Shown piece by piece: positions 1 through 14,434 of a stretch of 64,000 nt of DNA. The stretch comes from Gammaproteobacteria bacterium (lineage in GTDB: Bacteria > Pseudomonadota > Gammaproteobacteria > SZUA-140). The stretch is from contig WFVD01000007.1 of NCBI GenBank assembly GCA_015491865.1, positions 5,994 through 69,993 on the forward strand, in the 5' to 3' direction. The translations under genes and the position numbers were made by a program. Position 1 is the first letter of the stretch, and each line of letters starts with the position of its first letter. Below the pieces are notes generated by a model. That model saw nothing but the letters and a program-made list of their open reading frames with translations, was not told the DNA's origin and did no database searches.

Positions 1-2009
1 ACCACCTTATGCACTTCGTGATCATCGACAAAAGCGCCGTGAACGCGTGTCGGCACCGCAGTGCCTGGCGGCAGGTAGAGCATGTCACCATGGCCCAGCA
101 GCTGCTCCGCGCCGCCCTGATCGAGGATGGTACGCGAATCGATCTTGGAGGAGACCTGAAACGCAATGCGGGTGGGAATGTTGGCCTTGATCAGACCGGT
201 GATCACATCCACTGATGGACGCTGTGTCGCCAATATCAGATGCAGCCCCGCCGCGCGCGCCTTCTGTGCCAACCGCGCGATCAGCTCTTCGACCTTCTTG
301 CCCACCGTCATCATCATGTCAGCCAGCTCATCAACAATCACAGTGATGTAGGGCAGCGGCTCCAGCATGATCGGCGCCTCGCCATCGACCGTCAGCGCAG
401 CCGATGGTTTTGCCAGCGGATCGGGGAGTGGATTACCGCTATCAATCGCACCCTGTACCTTACGGTTGTAGTTGGTGATGTTACGTACGCCGAGTGCCGC
501 CATCAATCCGTAGCGCCGCTCCATCTCCGCGACACACCAGCGCAGAGCGTTGGCCGCCTCTTTCATATCGGTCACTACTGGCGCTAACAGATGGGGGATG
601 CCGTCGTAGATCGACAGTTCCAGCATCTTGGGGTCGATCATAATCAGTCGCATCTCTTTTGGTGATGCGTTATAGAGCATACTCAGGATCATCGCATTAA
701 CCGCCACCGATTTACCGGAACCGGTGGTGCCCGCCACCAGCAGATGTGGCATCCTGGCGAGATCGACCGCGACCGGGTTACCGTTGATATCTTTACCCAG
801 CGCCAGCGTCATGGGCGCAGCTACGCGATCATACGACTCCGACTGGATGATCTCACTAAGACGCACCATCTCACGATGTTCATTTGGAATTTCCAGCCCT
901 ACCACCGATTTACCGGGGATCACTTCAACGATACGCACACTGATCGCCGACAGCGCGCGCGCCAGGTCTTTCGCCAGATTACTGATCTGGCTCACCTTCA
1001 CCCCCGCCGCTGGCTGTAGCTCATAACGGGTAATGACCGGCCCCGGGTGGACTTCAACCACCTGTACTTCAATACCGAAGTCCTGCAGCTTCAACTCTAC
1101 CTGACGCGACATCGCCTCCAGCGAGGCGTTGGAGATATTATTTCTGCTGGGTTCAGGCTGGTCGAGCAGCGACAGCGGCGGCAGATCGCCCTTGGTGGCC
1201 ACCTTGAAAAGCGGCACCTGGCGCTCTTTTTCTAAACGGGCACTAGGCTGTAACTGTTTAATCACTGGTTCAATGCGCGGTTTGATCCGGCGCTTCTCTT
1301 TCTCTTTTGCAACGGTGGTGATCTCATTGCGCTCACTGCGCGCCCGACGGCCTTCAATATAGTCACGCAGGCGGTCGAGCTGACTGCGCAGATACTCAAC
1401 CAGATTTAATGTCAGCTCACCGGTGCGATCCATCAATGCAATCCACGACAGCCCGGTAAAGAGCGTGATGCCGGTCATAAACAGCGCCAGCAGCAGCAAC
1501 GTCGCACCGATAAAACTAAACGGTGTCACCAGCAGATTGCCAACCCCCCCGCCGAGCACACCGCCCGCGCCAGTACTCATCGGTAACGCCTCAGGCGAGC
1601 TGACAAAGTGGAGTGCGGCAAGGCCACTGCCTGCAACCATCGTCAGCAGAAAACCGCCGCTACGCAACGCCAGCTGACGCATATCAAAAGGCCCTTCAGC
1701 AGCGCGACCACGGTAGAGCAGCCAGCCGCCATAGGCGACCATCACCGGAAAAAGATATGAAAAATAACCGAACAGAGAGAGAAAGATATCGGCAAACCAG
1801 GCACCCGCGACACCGCCTTTGTTATGCACGATGTCGCTATTGGCCGTATGGGACCAGCCAGGATCGCCGGCATCATAGGTCGTCAGCGAGAGCAGCATAT
1901 AGATCGCCACCACGCCGAGAATAAAGAGCGCACCCTCGCGCAGCCCCCTCACCAGGTGGCCCGCCAACGGCGACTGCGCCTTGGATTTATTACGTGATGC
2001 TCGTCCCAC
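1..2009 (-). CDS. ftsK: DNA translocase FtsK (partial; C-terminal end lies beyond the window start)
   Basis: The minus-strand frame was hand-translated at both ends and looks open from the window edge to GTG at 2007-2009, with an in-frame TAA just upstream. Hand translation gives an N-terminal membrane region ([17 protein letters not shown]...). The motor domain shows Walker [23 protein letters not shown] (around 690-752) and [12 protein letters not shown]. It is missing from the ORF track because it has no stop inside the window. Confidence 0.85.
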   Translation of the reverse strand, partial: MGRASRNKSKAQSPLAGHLVRGLREGALFILGVVAIYMLLSLTTYDAGDPGWSHTANSDIVHNKGGVAGAWFADIFLSLFGYFSYLFPVMVAYGGWLLYRGRAAEGPFDMRQLALRSGGFLLTMVAGSGLAALHFVSSPEALPMSTGAGGVLGGGVGNLLVTPFSFIGATLLLLALFMTGITLFTGLSWIALMDRTGELTLNLVEYLRSQLDRLRDYIEGRRARSERNEITTVAKEKEKRRIKPRIEPVIKQLQPSARLEKERQVPLFKVATKGDLPPLSLLDQPEPSRNNISNASLEAMSRQVELKLQDFGIEVQVVEVHPGPVITRYELQPAAGVKVSQISNLAKDLARALSAISVRIVEVIPGKSVVGLEIPNEHREMVRLSEIIQSESYDRVAAPMTLALGKDINGNPVAVDLARMPHLLVAGTTGSGKSVAVNAMILSMLYNASPKEMRLIMIDPKMLELSIYDGIPHLLAPVVTDMKEAANALRWCVAEMERRYGLMAALGVRNITNYNRKVQGAIDSGNPLPDPLAKPSAALTVDGEAPIMLEPLPYITVIVDELADMMMTVGKKVEELIARLAQKARAAGLHLILATQRPSVDVITGLIKANIPTRIAFQVSSKIDSRTILDQGGAEQLLGHGDMLYLPPGTAVPTRVHGAFVDDHEVHKV

Positions 2010-2093
2010 TCGTCTGGTCTTTGAAAAATGATGTTAAAACAACAGTGCCTGACATAAAAAATGCCGTGTCAGCGATTAAAAAACAGAGGGGAA

Positions 2094-3158
2094 TTATGCC
2101 ATAGATTGCTGTAACGCGGGATGGATTAATTCGCCACCACGTAGATTGATGCCCGCCTTCAGGCTCGCATGTTGATCCAGCTCACCGTTGGCCAGTTTAA
2201 TCGCATAGGGAATCAATGCGGCCGACAACGCCTGCGAGGCGCTGCGTGGCACCGCCCCCGGCATATTCGTAACGCAAAAGTGAACCACCTCTTCCCACAC
2301 AAAAGTGGGTGACTGGTAACTGGTCGGACGAGTGGTCTCGATGCAGCCACCCTGGTCAACGGCGATATCGATCACCACACTACCCTTACCCATCGACCTC
2401 ACCATCTCAGCAGAAACAAGGTGTGGCGCCTTTGCACCGGGAATCAACACCGCACCGATCAACAGGTCAGCCCCGGCTACCGCGTCGGCAATCTGATCAC
2501 TGTAGGCGTAAAGCGCCGTCACATTCGCACCAAGCGCACGCATCTGTGACAGTTTGGCGCGTGCCTTGTCAAACACCACCACCTCAACCCCCATTGAAGC
2601 CGCCAGCGTTGCCGCCCCACCACCCGCAACACCCCCTCCGAGAATCACCACCCGTCCTCGCGGCGCGGCGGGCAGCCCGCCCAGCAGCACTCCCTTACCG
2701 CCATTGGGCTGGTGCAGTAGCGTCGTGCCGATTTGTGTGGCCAGTCGCCCCGCAATATCACTCATCGGTGCCAGCAGTGGCAGCTGCTGCTGCTCTTCGA
2801 CTGTCTCGAACGCCACAGCCGTCAAACCGATATCGAGCAGTTTCCGGGTCAGCACTGGCTCAGCTGCCAGGTGCAGGTAACTAAACAGTAGATGCTCTTT
2901 TCGCAGCAGTGCGATCTCCGGTTCAAGCGGCTCTTTGACCTTAATGATCATCTCTGCCACACCGTAGAGACTCGCTGCATCCGACAGCAACTTCACCCCC
3001 AGCGCAGTGTACTGCGCATCGCTATAGCCACTAAGATCACCAGCACCCGATTCGATATAGAGCTCATGACCACAATTGACCAGCTCCGCTGCCGCAGCTG
3101 GAATCAGCCCGACACGCCCTTCGAGCGGCTTAATTTCACGAGGGATTCCAATACGCAT
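2094..3158 (-). CDS. ald: alanine dehydrogenase
   Basis: MRIGIPREIKPLEGRVGLIPAAAAELV... with NAD-binding VVILGGGVAGGGAA; typical Ald length. ATG at 3158 is preceded by AGGAGG. The track ORF starts at an upstream GTG (3182). Confidence 0.9.
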   Translation of the reverse strand: MRIGIPREIKPLEGRVGLIPAAAAELVNCGHELYIESGAGDLSGYSDAQYTALGVKLLSDAASLYGVAEMIIKVKEPLEPEIALLRKEHLLFSYLHLAAEPVLTRKLLDIGLTAVAFETVEEQQQLPLLAPMSDIAGRLATQIGTTLLHQPNGGKGVLLGGLPAAPRGRVVILGGGVAGGGAATLAASMGVEVVVFDKARAKLSQMRALGANVTALYAYSDQIADAVAGADLLIGAVLIPGAKAPHLVSAEMVRSMGKGSVVIDIAVDQGGCIETTRPTSYQSPTFVWEEVVHFCVTNMPGAVPRSASQALSAALIPYAIKLANGELDQHASLKAGINLRGGELIHPALQQSMA

Positions 3159-3347
3159 CTTTGACCCGCCTCCTGGCTTCACGTACTATTTCAGGTAACT
3201 TCTGGTAATGGGCACTGTAGCATTTTCACAGCGTTTTTTTGGCCTCATCCTTAAAATGATCTCAAGGCTTTAATCCCTTGAACCCAAAATGGATTACGGC
3301 TATCAATCGTCTGAAACGTCAAGCACAATAAACACCCATCACTCTAG

Positions 3348-4346
<999 letters not shown>

Positions 4347-4437
4347 ACAACAACGGCCAGGCCGGTTGGCAGCCCGGCCAGGTACTGGGCTGCTACCAAT
4401 AACCCGCAACTGAAGATGCACCGAAGAGGTTCGCCAT

Positions 4438-4737
4438 ATGTACAATGTGAATGAGCTAAGAAGCTTTCAGAGAATCAAAACCGAATGCGCCATCCAGTAT
4501 AAAAAGGCCGATGGTGATGGTGAACTAAAAGAGGGCACCACCAGAAATCTTAGCGGCAACGGTATCTTTTTTATCGCGGGGGAGGCGCTGGAAGTGAGCA
4601 CACTACTGGAGATCCATGTAATGCCCGGCACCAACGCAACTCCGCCGCTTGATGCAATCATCGAAGTCATCCGTTCCAATCCCGGCAAGAGCGAAGGTGA
4701 ATTTGAGATCGCAGGTATGATTAAATCCTTTAAATAG
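4438..4737 (+). CDS. single-domain PilZ protein (putative c-di-GMP receptor)
   Basis: 99 aa with both PilZ signatures: RSFQR (RxxxR) and NLSGNG ((D/N)xSxxG). Lies 26 bp upstream of the next ORF. Confidence 0.75.
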   Translation: MYNVNELRSFQRIKTECAIQYKKADGDGELKEGTTRNLSGNGIFFIAGEALEVSTLLEIHVMPGTNATPPLDAIIEVIRSNPGKSEGEFEIAGMIKSFK

Positions 4738-4763
4738 AGCTTGTCACCTTACCCACCAGCACG

Positions 4764-5897
4764 ATGAAGCTTTCCATCGTTGAAAGTCTTGCACACATCC
4801 CAATGGCAGAGTGGAACCGACTCGCGGGTGCTAACCCATTTATCAGCCACGCATTTCTAAGCGCACTTGAGAATCACCAGTCGATCGGTAACGGCACCCA
4901 GTGGGAGCCGCGCTATGTGGTCGGCTATCATAACGGCCAGCTGGCCGCCGCAGTGCCGATGTACCTCAAACATGACTCATGGGGCGAGTTCGTATTCGAC
5001 TGGGCGTGGGCCAGCGCCTATGAGCGCCACGGGCTCGCCTATTACCCCAAACTGGTCATTGCGGCACCCTACACCCCGGTTCCCGGCCCGCGCCTGCTGC
5101 TGGCAGAGCGGAACGATTCACAGGCTGCTGCCGAAGTTATCGAATACATCCTTGCCTATGCAGAGACGGAGCAGGTCTCATCGTTACACTGCCTCTTTCT
5201 TGATGCATTCGATAACCAGCAGCTGGATCAACCAGCGCTCATGGCACGATCCGATACGCAGTACCACTGGCTCAACCATGATTACGAAACGTTCGATGAT
5301 TTTCTGGCACAGCTCTCCTCGCGTCATCGCAAAAAAATAAAGCGGGAGCGGCGTCGAGTAACGGAGACCGATATCAGTGTATCCGTACTGCACGGTGATG
5401 AGATTTCAGATGAACAGTGGCACCACTTTTATCGCTTCCACTGTCACACCTATCTTAAGCGCGGCCATCAAACCCCTTTTACGATCGACTTTTTCAGAGA
5501 GATCGGGCAGACGATGGCCACCAATATTGTGATGATCTGTGCGCAGAAAGATGGACAGGCGATCGCAACAGCACTCAACTTCGTCAATAGCGAGGCACTT
5601 TATGGGCGCTACTGGGGCTGCCGCGATGACTATCACAGCCTCCATTTTGAGGTTTGCTATTACCGCGCCATCGACTACTGCATTGCACAGCGGCTAAAGC
5701 GTTTTGAGGCGGGCGCACAGGGCGAACACAAACTGATTCGTGGCTTTTACCCAACCACGACCCATTCACGCCACTGGATCGCCCATCCCGGTTTCAGGGA
5801 TGCGATTCAAAAAGCGGTCAATTATGAGTCACAGGATTTAGCGCGCTACCAGGCGATGCTAAGCCGCTACCTCCCCTACAAACAGCACCCATCATGA
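4764..5897 (+). CDS. FemAB-like / DUF482 (PF04339-type) GNAT-fold acyltransferase, function unknown
   Basis: 377 aa. The C-terminal HFEVCYYRAIDYCIAQRLKRFEAGAQGEHKLIRGFYPTTTHSRHWI matches my recollection of the DUF482/FemAB_like family. Its stop overlaps the aat start (ATGA at 5894-5897). Confidence 0.7.
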   Translation: MKLSIVESLAHIPMAEWNRLAGANPFISHAFLSALENHQSIGNGTQWEPRYVVGYHNGQLAAAVPMYLKHDSWGEFVFDWAWASAYERHGLAYYPKLVIAAPYTPVPGPRLLLAERNDSQAAAEVIEYILAYAETEQVSSLHCLFLDAFDNQQLDQPALMARSDTQYHWLNHDYETFDDFLAQLSSRHRKKIKRERRRVTETDISVSVLHGDEISDEQWHHFYRFHCHTYLKRGHQTPFTIDFFREIGQTMATNIVMICAQKDGQAIATALNFVNSEALYGRYWGCRDDYHSLHFEVCYYRAIDYCIAQRLKRFEAGAQGEHKLIRGFYPTTTHSRHWIAHPGFRDAIQKAVNYESQDLARYQAMLSRYLPYKQHPS

Positions 5898-6625
5898 GTA
5901 CGCCACGCGAGCCAGCTTACCTCGACCCTTATCAGCCGGCGTGCCACTTCCCGGATGTGTCGCTCGCCCTGGAAGAGCCGGACGGGCTGCTCGCAGTGGG
6001 TGGCAATCTCACCCCGGCAACGCTGCTCAACGCCTATCGAAGCGGCATCTTTCCATGGTACAGCGATGGCCAACCCATTTTATGGTGGTCACCCAATCCG
6101 CGTACGGTCATCTATCCTGAGCGGTTAAAAGTATCCCGAAGCCTGAAAAAGCGGTTGCGCCAGAGGCAGTTTGAAGTAACGCTGGACCACGCCTTTGAGG
6201 AGGTCATTAGCGCCTGCGCGACAGCGAGAGATGATGGTGCCGGCACCTGGATCACATCTGAAATGCGCGCTGCCTATATTTCAATGCACCGCCTCGGCCA
6301 CGCCCACTCTGTCGAGACATGGCGAGATGGCAGGCTTGTCGGCGGTCTCTACGGCATCGCCATCGGCCAGCTGTTTTTTGGAGAGTCGATGTTCAGCCAC
6401 GTATCGGACGCCTCAAAAGTTGCCTTCGCCCTGTTGGTTGAGCAGTTAAAGAGGTGGCAATTTTCGTTAATCGATTGTCAGATCGGTTCCCCCCATATGA
6501 CCAGCCTGGGAGCAGAGGAGATCGCACGATCAGCCTTTATCAACCATGTCGATGCCGCCTGCCGCACACCAGGCCTCGCTCCGAAGCAGTGGAGGTGTGC
6601 TCTTTCAGCACAAACCCCCGCTTAA
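5894..6625 (+). CDS. aat: leucyl/phenylalanyl-tRNA--protein transferase
   Basis: ILWWSPNPR, GESMFS and SLIDCQ motifs, 243 aa. Position upstream of infA matches E. coli and Pseudomonas. Confidence 0.93.
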   Translation: MSTPREPAYLDPYQPACHFPDVSLALEEPDGLLAVGGNLTPATLLNAYRSGIFPWYSDGQPILWWSPNPRTVIYPERLKVSRSLKKRLRQRQFEVTLDHAFEEVISACATARDDGAGTWITSEMRAAYISMHRLGHAHSVETWRDGRLVGGLYGIAIGQLFFGESMFSHVSDASKVAFALLVEQLKRWQFSLIDCQIGSPHMTSLGAEEIARSAFINHVDAACRTPGLAPKQWRCALSAQTPA

Positions 6626-6769
6626 TCCAGCCATTTTCAAATTCAATTCGACGCTAATCGCCAGCAATAGCGAGAAATAAAAAAAAATGGTGTATAATCT
6701 CGCCGCTTGGGGCAAAGGCCACAGAGCAGTATCACTCAACTTAAACTCAAATTAGACGGCTATTAGCGC

Positions 6770-6988
6770 ATGGCAAAAGAAGAACATATTGAAATGGAAG
6801 GTACTGTCGTTGAGACACTGCCAAATACGATGTTCCGCGTAGAGCTTGAGAATGGACATATCGTCACTGCACACATCTCAGGCAAAATGCGTAAACATTA
6901 CATTCGCATTCTGACGGGTGACAAAGTGACCGTCCAGCTGACACCGTACGATCTCTCCAAAGGGCGCATCACCTACCGCGCACGCTGA
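6770..6988 (+). CDS. infA: translation initiation factor IF-1
   Basis: [30 protein letters not shown]...; 72 aa, near-universal IF-1 sequence. Confidence 0.98.
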   Translation: MAKEEHIEMEGTVVETLPNTMFRVELENGHIVTAHISGKMRKHYIRILTGDKVTVQLTPYDLSKGRITYRAR

Positions 6989-7065
6989 TACCCTCAGTCG
7001 GCCAGCCAGAAAAAGAAACCCCTGCGAACCGACCCAGCCAGCTACCGATTGCTGAATCAGGGCCG

Positions 7066-9330
7066 CTAACTCTCGACGGCCTCTTCTGCACCTTCGATCT
7101 CAAACACCAGCTCACCCTCTTTGACGTTAATCCTGACGCGTCCACCTTTAGCCAGTCGGCCAAACAGTAACTCTTCGGCGAGCGGTTTTTTCACATGATC
7201 CTGGATCGTTCGTGCCATTGGACGTGCGCCCATCGAAGGATCATAGCCGTTCATCGCCAGCCATTCGCGCGCAGATTCGTCAACATCCAGCACCACATGC
7301 TTCTCTTCCAGCTGCGTCTCCAGCTCAATAATGAACTTATCGACAACGTTGGCGATCGTCATCGCATCGAGCGCCTTAAACTGGACAATGGCGTCGAGAC
7401 GGTTTCTAAACTCTGGTGTGAAGGTTCGTTTGATCACCTCCATGCCATCTGATGAGTGATCCTGCGCCGCAAAACCGATCGATGCCCGGCTCATCTGCTC
7501 TGCTCCAGCATTGCTCGCCATGATAATAATTACATTTCTAAAATCAACTTTACGGCCGTTGTTGTCGGTTAGCGTCCCGTGATCCATCACCTGCAGTAAC
7601 AGATTAAAAACATCTGGATGCGCCTTTTCAATCTCGTCGAACAGCAGCACCGCATGCGGCTGTTTATTGACCGCCTCAGTAAGCAGCCCCCCCTGGTCAA
7701 ATCCGACATAGCCGGGAGGTGCGCCAATCAGGCGTGATGCGGCGTGGCGCTCCATATATTCAGACATGTCAAAACGGATCAATTCAATCCCAAGTATGTG
7801 CGCCAGCTGACGGCTCACTTCCGTCTTACCAACGCCGGTGGGCCCTGCAAACAGAAATGAACCGATCGGTTTACCCGTTTCACCCAGCCCAGAGCGTGAC
7901 ATCTTGATCGCCGTTGAGAGCGACTCGATCGCCTCATCCTGCCCATAGATCACCATTTTCAGATCACGCTCCAGGGTGCGCAGTTTAGCTTTATCAGAAC
8001 TGCTTACACTCTTTGCAGGGATGCGTGCAATCCTGGCGACGATCGCTTCAATCTCTTTCACGCCGATGGTCTTTTTACGCCTGGATACAGGCAGTAATCG
8101 TTGATTGGCTCCCGCCTCATCGATCACATCAATCGCTTTATCCGGCATAAAACGGTCATTAATATAACGTGCGGCCAGCTCAGCTGCCATCTTTAAAGAG
8201 TCCTGTGTATAGCGTATTTTATGGTGCTCTTCAAAACGTGACTGGAGTCCCTTCAGGATATCAATAGTCTCACTGACCGATGGCTCACCCACATCCACCT
8301 TCTGAAAGCGACGCGCCAGCGCCCTGTCTTTCTCAAAGATACCGCGATATTCACTATAGGTCGTTGAGCCGATGCAACGTAGCTCACCAGAACTTAAAAC
8401 CGGCTTAATCAAATTTGAAGCGTCCATCACGCCGCCTGATGCCGCGCCGGCTCCGATGATGGTGTGAATTTCATCAATAAACAGCACCGCGTTTTCTTCT
8501 TTTCTGATTTGAGCAAGCAGCCCCTTTAAGCGCTTTTCAAAATCGCCACGATATTTTGTGCCCGCCAGCAGCGCGCCCATATCGAGTGAATAGATGGTGC
8601 TGTTTTCCAGCACATCGGGCACCTCGCCATCAACGATCATCTTAGCCAGCCCCTCGGCTATAGCCGTCTTGCCTACACCTGCTTCACCCACTAACAGTGG
8701 ATTGTTTTTGCGGCGACGACAGAGCGTCTGCGCCACTCGGTGCACTTCTGCATCGCGCCCGATCAAAGGGTCAATCTTGCCCGCTCTGGCGCGCTCATTT
8801 AGATTGGTAGCGTAATTTTCCAGTGGGTTCTTCGTCGTCTCACCTTCCCCTCCACTCTCATCGCTATCCGGTGAGATACTCTCATTCTCCTCCTCACTGG
8901 AGGTTTTTGAGAGGCCATGCGAAAGGTGGCTAACGACATCGAGCCGTGTGATATCCTGTTTATTCAAAAAGTATACGGCCTGCGAATCCTGCTCGCCAAA
9001 GATTGCGACCAGTATATTGGGGGCTCCCACTTCTCGTTTACCAGAGGACTGCACATGAAAAACAGCACGCTGTAGAACACGCTGAAAACCAAGCGTTGGC
9101 TGAGTCTCACGCTCATCGTCACTCAGCACCGGAGTGTTCTCTTCAAGAAAAGTTTCGAGCTCTTTCCTGAGCGCATCAATATCAGCATCACACGCCCGTA
9201 AAATCGCAGCGGATTCGGTGTTATCAAACAGCGCCAGCAGCAGATGCTCCACCGTCATAAACTCATGATTTTTATCTCGTGCAGCCTGAAAAGCGGCGTT
9301 GAGTGTGTATTCAAGATCTTTGCTTAACAT
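7066..9330 (-). CDS. clpA: ATP-dependent Clp protease ATP-binding subunit ClpA
   Basis: 754 aa. Clp_N N-terminus and two AAA+ modules ([19 protein letters not shown]). Immediately downstream of clpS. Confidence 0.97.
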   Translation of the reverse strand: MLSKDLEYTLNAAFQAARDKNHEFMTVEHLLLALFDNTESAAILRACDADIDALRKELETFLEENTPVLSDDERETQPTLGFQRVLQRAVFHVQSSGKREVGAPNILVAIFGEQDSQAVYFLNKQDITRLDVVSHLSHGLSKTSSEEENESISPDSDESGGEGETTKNPLENYATNLNERARAGKIDPLIGRDAEVHRVAQTLCRRRKNNPLLVGEAGVGKTAIAEGLAKMIVDGEVPDVLENSTIYSLDMGALLAGTKYRGDFEKRLKGLLAQIRKEENAVLFIDEIHTIIGAGAASGGVMDASNLIKPVLSSGELRCIGSTTYSEYRGIFEKDRALARRFQKVDVGEPSVSETIDILKGLQSRFEEHHKIRYTQDSLKMAAELAARYINDRFMPDKAIDVIDEAGANQRLLPVSRRKKTIGVKEIEAIVARIARIPAKSVSSSDKAKLRTLERDLKMVIYGQDEAIESLSTAIKMSRSGLGETGKPIGSFLFAGPTGVGKTEVSRQLAHILGIELIRFDMSEYMERHAASRLIGAPPGYVGFDQGGLLTEAVNKQPHAVLLFDEIEKAHPDVFNLLLQVMDHGTLTDNNGRKVDFRNVIIIMASNAGAEQMSRASIGFAAQDHSSDGMEVIKRTFTPEFRNRLDAIVQFKALDAMTIANVVDKFIIELETQLEEKHVVLDVDESAREWLAMNGYDPSMGARPMARTIQDHVKKPLAEELLFGRLAKGGRVRINVKEGELVFEIEGAEEAVES

Positions 9331-9356
9331 TAAAACACCTACCTAAGTATTGTTCG

Positions 9357-9731
9357 CTACGCCTCCTCCATGGTACATTTCAGCGGATGCTGGCTCTCGC
9401 GTGCGAATTGATTTACCAGTGCAACTTTGGTCTCAGCGATATCACGTGTAAAAACACCGCATACGCCGATACCCCGTGTGTGCACCTGTAGCATAACCTG
9501 TGTTGCCTGCTCACTTGTCATGCCAAAATGGTCCTGCAAAATTAGAACGACAAAATCCATCGGTGTGTAGTCATCATTAAGCAGCAAAACTTTATATAGC
9601 GGGGGACGTTTTAGCTTCGGCTTCGCCTCCTGCAGCGCCAGGCCATCGCCAGAATTGTGCTGTTCCTCTTTATCCATCTGCGTTCTATTATACCTTGTTC
9701 TGTTCGATTCCTCACTCACCAGTAGCGCCAT
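9357..9731 (-). CDS. clpS: ATP-dependent Clp protease adaptor ClpS
   Basis: Core [20 protein letters not shown]...[12 protein letters not shown]. The start is uncertain: M1 at 9731 or the internal M at 9677. Confidence 0.92.
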   Translation of the reverse strand: MALLVSEESNRTRYNRTQMDKEEQHNSGDGLALQEAKPKLKRPPLYKVLLLNDDYTPMDFVVLILQDHFGMTSEQATQVMLQVHTRGIGVCGVFTRDIAETKVALVNQFARESQHPLKCTMEEA

Positions 9732-9898
9732 AACACCCTGTTTCTCATAAGGATTAATTCTTAACTAGCTTATAAAATATCATACTCGACCGTAGACATA
9801 TAGGCTAAACCACAAAAGACAATCCCTCTGAGAGAAAAGCAATAATCTAGCCAGCTTTCATCCACTAACCCTTACGTCAGTTGAGCTGGCCATAGTAC

Positions 9899-9926
9899 TT
9901 GACTATTTTGCTTATTGGGCTATTGT
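9899..9926 (+). promoter_or_regulatory. candidate sigma70 promoter for cspD (TTGACT-N16-TATTGT), implying an ~80 nt 5' UTR
   Basis: Hexamers read directly at 9899-9904 and 9921-9926. A long leader is typical of csp genes. No experimental support. Confidence 0.3.
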
Positions 9927-10009
9927 TTTCAAACGTGGGCTTGCGCGATAAAAACCACGGTTCATGCTTAACAAAATAGAGATGCTCAATATGGATAAGG
10001 AGTATAGTT

Positions 10010-10243
10010 ATGCCTAGTGGACTCGTTAAATGGTTTAGTAACACCAAGGGATTTGGCTTTATCTCACCAGACGAAGGCGGTGAAGATGTCTTTGCTCACT
10101 TCTCAGCGATCTCAAGTGAGGGTTACAAGACGCTGAAAGGCGGTCAAAAGGTCGAATTTGAACTCTCTGAAGGCCCGAAAGGACTCTTTGCCGCAAACAT
10201 CAAACCTGGCCAGGAGAGTGACGCCGAACAGCAGAACAACTAG
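10010..10243 (+). CDS. cspD: cold-shock domain protein, CspD-like
   Basis: [31 protein letters not shown] (RNP1/RNP2 motifs). Divergent from clpS, as in E. coli and Pseudomonas. Confidence 0.88.
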   Translation: MPSGLVKWFSNTKGFGFISPDEGGEDVFAHFSAISSEGYKTLKGGQKVEFELSEGPKGLFAANIKPGQESDAEQQNN

Positions 10244-10409
10244 CATCACCGGCCTTCTCCTGGCACTGCGCTAACGCTCAATATAGTGAGCCAGTTACGC
10301 TTGCGGCATAAAGCAGCAAGGAGAGATCTCGCTACCTCCCACACACTTAAATATTTTAATCCTGCCCTCCTCTGAACCCACATTAAATAACCCATCCCGT
10401 AAAAGTTAC

Positions 10410-10946
10410 ATGCTGATTTTACTGAACAAACCCTATGATGTGCTGAGTCAGTTCAGTGGTTCAGATGGGCGCAAAACGCTCAAAGATTTTATCAGGATTC
10501 CCAACGTTTACGCAGCCGGACGCCTTGATCGAGACAGCGAAGGGCTTCTTCTGCTCACCGATAACGGTAAGCTACAGCACCGCATCGCACATCCGAAACA
10601 TAAGCTGGAAAAAACCTACTGGGTACAAGTTGATGGCAGCCCCACTGAGGAGGCCATCCGACAACTCCGCCAGGGAGTTGAACTAAAAGATGGCCTGACT
10701 CGCCCAGCTAAAGTCCGACGCATCAAACCACCCGATATCTGGCCTCGCACCCCACCGGTGCGTTATCGCGCCCAGATTCCGACCGCCTGGCTGGAGATAA
10801 AAATCAGTGAAGGTCGCAACCGCCAGGTACGACGAATGACGGCCGCTGCCGGCTTTCCCACACTACGCCTGGTTCGCAGTGCGATCGGCCAGTGGCGACT
10901 CGGAACGCTCTCCCCCGGTGAATATCGCACTATTCAGCATCCATAA
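10410..10946 (+). CDS. rluE: rRNA pseudouridine synthase, RluE-like (RsuA/RluE family)
   Basis: [12 protein letters not shown]..., catalytic [21 protein letters not shown]. 178 aa with no S4 domain. Confidence 0.75.
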   Translation: MLILLNKPYDVLSQFSGSDGRKTLKDFIRIPNVYAAGRLDRDSEGLLLLTDNGKLQHRIAHPKHKLEKTYWVQVDGSPTEEAIRQLRQGVELKDGLTRPAKVRRIKPPDIWPRTPPVRYRAQIPTAWLEIKISEGRNRQVRRMTAAAGFPTLRLVRSAIGQWRLGTLSPGEYRTIQHP

Positions 10947-11035
10947 TTCATCACCGCCAAACTGCCAAAGAGTGCAGGATTTGCTATCATTCACCGTTTT
11001 CAGAAAATGCTAATCGTTATCACACCGCTCGTAAA

Positions 11036-12157
11036 ATGAACCGTCCAGCCACTCAACAGATCATCGTCGGCATGTCCGGTGGCGTCGACTCATCCGTCAC
11101 CGCGCTACTGCTGCATCGTCAGGGGCTGTCGATCAGCGGGGTCTTTATGAAGAACTGGGAGGAGAAAGACCCCGACGGCAGCTGCCCGGCAGCTATCGAT
11201 GCAGAAGATGCGATGCAGGTGTGCGACAAAATCGGCATTCCGATGGACGCCGTTAATTTTGCCAGCGAATACTGGGATCGCGTCTTTCAGTACTTTATTG
11301 ATGAGTACAAAAGCGGTCGCACACCCAATCCAGATATCCTCTGCAACAAGGAGATCAAGTTCAGGGCCTTTCTTGATTATGCGCTGCAACAGGGCGCCGA
11401 TAAAATCGCCACTGGCCACTATGCGCGTATCGCTGAAACAGAAGGCCGCTTCAAGTTACTCAAGGGTAAAGACAACAACAAGGACCAGAGCTATTTCCTC
11501 TACACGCTGGGTCAGGACCAGCTCTCGAAAACACTATTTCCATTAGGTGAACTACCCAAGGGGAAAGTGCGCGCAATGGCGGCCGAAGCCGGCTTCGAAA
11601 ATCACGCCAAGAAAGATAGCACCGGCATCTGCTTTATTGGCGAGCGCGAATTTAAAACCTTTCTTAACACCTATCTCCCCGCACAACCGGGTGAGATTCA
11701 GACGCTTGATGGCAGGACGATTGGCCGACATGACGGCCTGATGTTCCACACCATCGGCCAGCGAAAAGGGCTGAAAATCGGCGGACTAAAAGAGGATAGT
11801 AGCGGTGAACCCTGGTATGTCGTCGCTAAAAACCTGGATGAGAATGTACTGCTGGTTGCACAGGGAACAGATCACCCGGCACTATTCAAACAGGCACTTA
11901 ATGCCATTGAACTCCACTGGGTTAGCGGTGTCCCACCAACACCCCCTTACCGCTGCAGCGCCAAAGTGCGCTACCGCCAGACGGATCAACCCTGTACGAT
12001 CACATCGATCGATAACGGCACTGCAAGCGTGCTGTTTGAACAGCCACAGCGCGCTGTCACGCCCGGTCAGTCAATCGTATTTTACCGTGGTGATGAGTGT
12101 CTCGGTGGCGGTATTATCGATCAAACTGGCGACACCCTTTCCGATATCAACAACTGA
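11036..12157 (+). CDS. mnmA: tRNA 2-thiouridine(34) synthase MnmA
   Basis: PP-loop [25 protein letters not shown]; 373 aa. Confidence 0.96.
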   Translation: MNRPATQQIIVGMSGGVDSSVTALLLHRQGLSISGVFMKNWEEKDPDGSCPAAIDAEDAMQVCDKIGIPMDAVNFASEYWDRVFQYFIDEYKSGRTPNPDILCNKEIKFRAFLDYALQQGADKIATGHYARIAETEGRFKLLKGKDNNKDQSYFLYTLGQDQLSKTLFPLGELPKGKVRAMAAEAGFENHAKKDSTGICFIGEREFKTFLNTYLPAQPGEIQTLDGRTIGRHDGLMFHTIGQRKGLKIGGLKEDSSGEPWYVVAKNLDENVLLVAQGTDHPALFKQALNAIELHWVSGVPPTPPYRCSAKVRYRQTDQPCTITSIDNGTASVLFEQPQRAVTPGQSIVFYRGDECLGGGIIDQTGDTLSDINN

Positions 12158-12179
12158 ACTAGCAGTAAAGGCAAACATC

Positions 12180-14205
<2,026 letters not shown>

Positions 14206-14339
14206 CCTTCAATTAACTCTGGACTGCGACTCGGCTCACAGTATTCTTTACTATCAATGCCGATAATAGAACCATGAAGGCACAGGAGGAACACTCTCCC
14301 CCCTCCGTTTACCCTTCACGCGTCGTCAAAGCAACCTTA

Positions 14340-14381
14340 ACCCGTGCCTCGCATCTCTCTCGTTGCGACACGGGTATTTTT
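14340..14381 (+). terminator. intrinsic terminator at the end of a 135-nt purB 3' UTR (element A of a duplicated CU-rich hairpin)
   Basis: The stem pairs ACCCGTG(cc)TCGCA with TGCGACACGGGT. The loop is TCTCTCTCGT and is followed by ATTTTT. Confidence 0.6.
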
Positions 14382-14434
14382 CATCTGCAATTAGCGAAAA
14401 TTAGCACGCATGACCACCTGCTTATAAAGATGAG

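Noticed and set aside
2309-2884. 191-aa plus-strand ORF, Pro/Arg/Ser-rich
   Set aside because: It is antisense to the well-supported ald gene. Its low-complexity, Pro/Arg-rich composition is typical of shadow ORFs in GC-rich coding DNA.
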